64,000 nt of DNA from Sarea resinae (Eukaryota). Every line of letters begins with the position of its first letter. Within the stretch, counting starts at the first letter, position 1. Location: contig JAPEUD010000044.1 in assembly GCA_026026165.1 (NCBI GenBank), positions 62,001 to 126,000 on the forward strand, written 5' to 3'. A model generated the notes under the pieces. That model saw only the letters and a list, made by a program, of their open reading frames with translations, was not told the DNA's origin and ran no database searches. Shown here one piece after another: positions 63,339 through 64,000 of the stretch. The position numbers and the translations under genes are program-made.

Positions 63339-64000
63339 GAATGGGCATTACTCGGTCACAAATGCTCTCAATCGTCCATTTCGCAAATCAGCTTCCTTCT
63401 GTATCATATCAGGTCGAATGTAGTTATGTCGTTGCGGTCTTTTCTGAAATTGGTCGTCAGCCCGATAAGGACTTGCCTCATGCGAAAATACTAAGCTGCC
63501 CAAATCCGTATAGCAGCGTTTCTAGGCATTGTTGAAGCAACGCCTACACACTGATTTTATAGTCATGTTTTGCCCACATGGCATCTCGCAAGTTTCCAAT
63601 TGGAATCTTGTGAAAGCGTCCAACGCCTAGCCATACGAGCCTAAGGTAACTCGGAAGGTACTCAAAAGAGCCCTCAAGTAGTCAGGACGCACCGACGATG
63701 GGGGAATGAAGCGATTGGGTTGATGGCGTGTATAATAATCATTGATTGCCGTTCTTTTCGCAATGTGAACACGATCCATAATTTTCGCTACTTATCTGAC
63801 TGTCATCGTCGGTCACATCGGTGGGTTACCTTGGCGGATGCAGTGAGATCTGAGAGCGCATCTCACGCGCGTTACGTGACATCCACCGATGGCAGATCGA
63901 TCCAATAAAGGCAGCTTTCGCTGCAAACACGAAATACCGGAAATACCTCTACCATTACTTGATCTCATTACCCCCAACTTCGTATCTCGGATATGTTGGT

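Overview
Gene-dense, intron-rich region of a filamentous ascomycete (Pezizomycotina, probably Eurotiomycetes-like; taxonomy is inference). About 25 spliced protein-coding genes were reconstructed by hand from GT..AG junctions. In order: AVT-family vacuolar amino acid transporter (5' truncated), MRPS16, NAD(P)HX epimerase, a HeLo-like/ankyrin protein, Rsr1 GTPase, the leucine-catabolism cluster (mccB, ivdA, an unknown gene, mccA), a MARVEL protein, an SDR, a DUF1752 protein, a type I membrane protein, PRP38, a GT8-like protein, ISY1, VPS34, NSE4, a VOC/glyoxalase protein, a Ppn2-like phosphoesterase, a TCD/ThiF enzyme, OCH1, a DUF4336 protein, ROM2 and VMA11. No rRNA, intact tRNA, CRISPR array or intact transposon was seen. 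The window is mostly housekeeping and I cannot demonstrate a wholly new system. The best leads are the acidic/basic orphan gene inside the Leu cluster, the NOD-less HeLo-like-Cys/His-ankyrin gene, a GT8-like protein lacking DXD, a dispersed TACGGAGTA intergenic motif, a GC-AG intron in MRPS16, a possible spliced DDY[QE]-repeat micropeptide and a patch of decayed gene fragments. Family calls come from motif recognition, not database searches.
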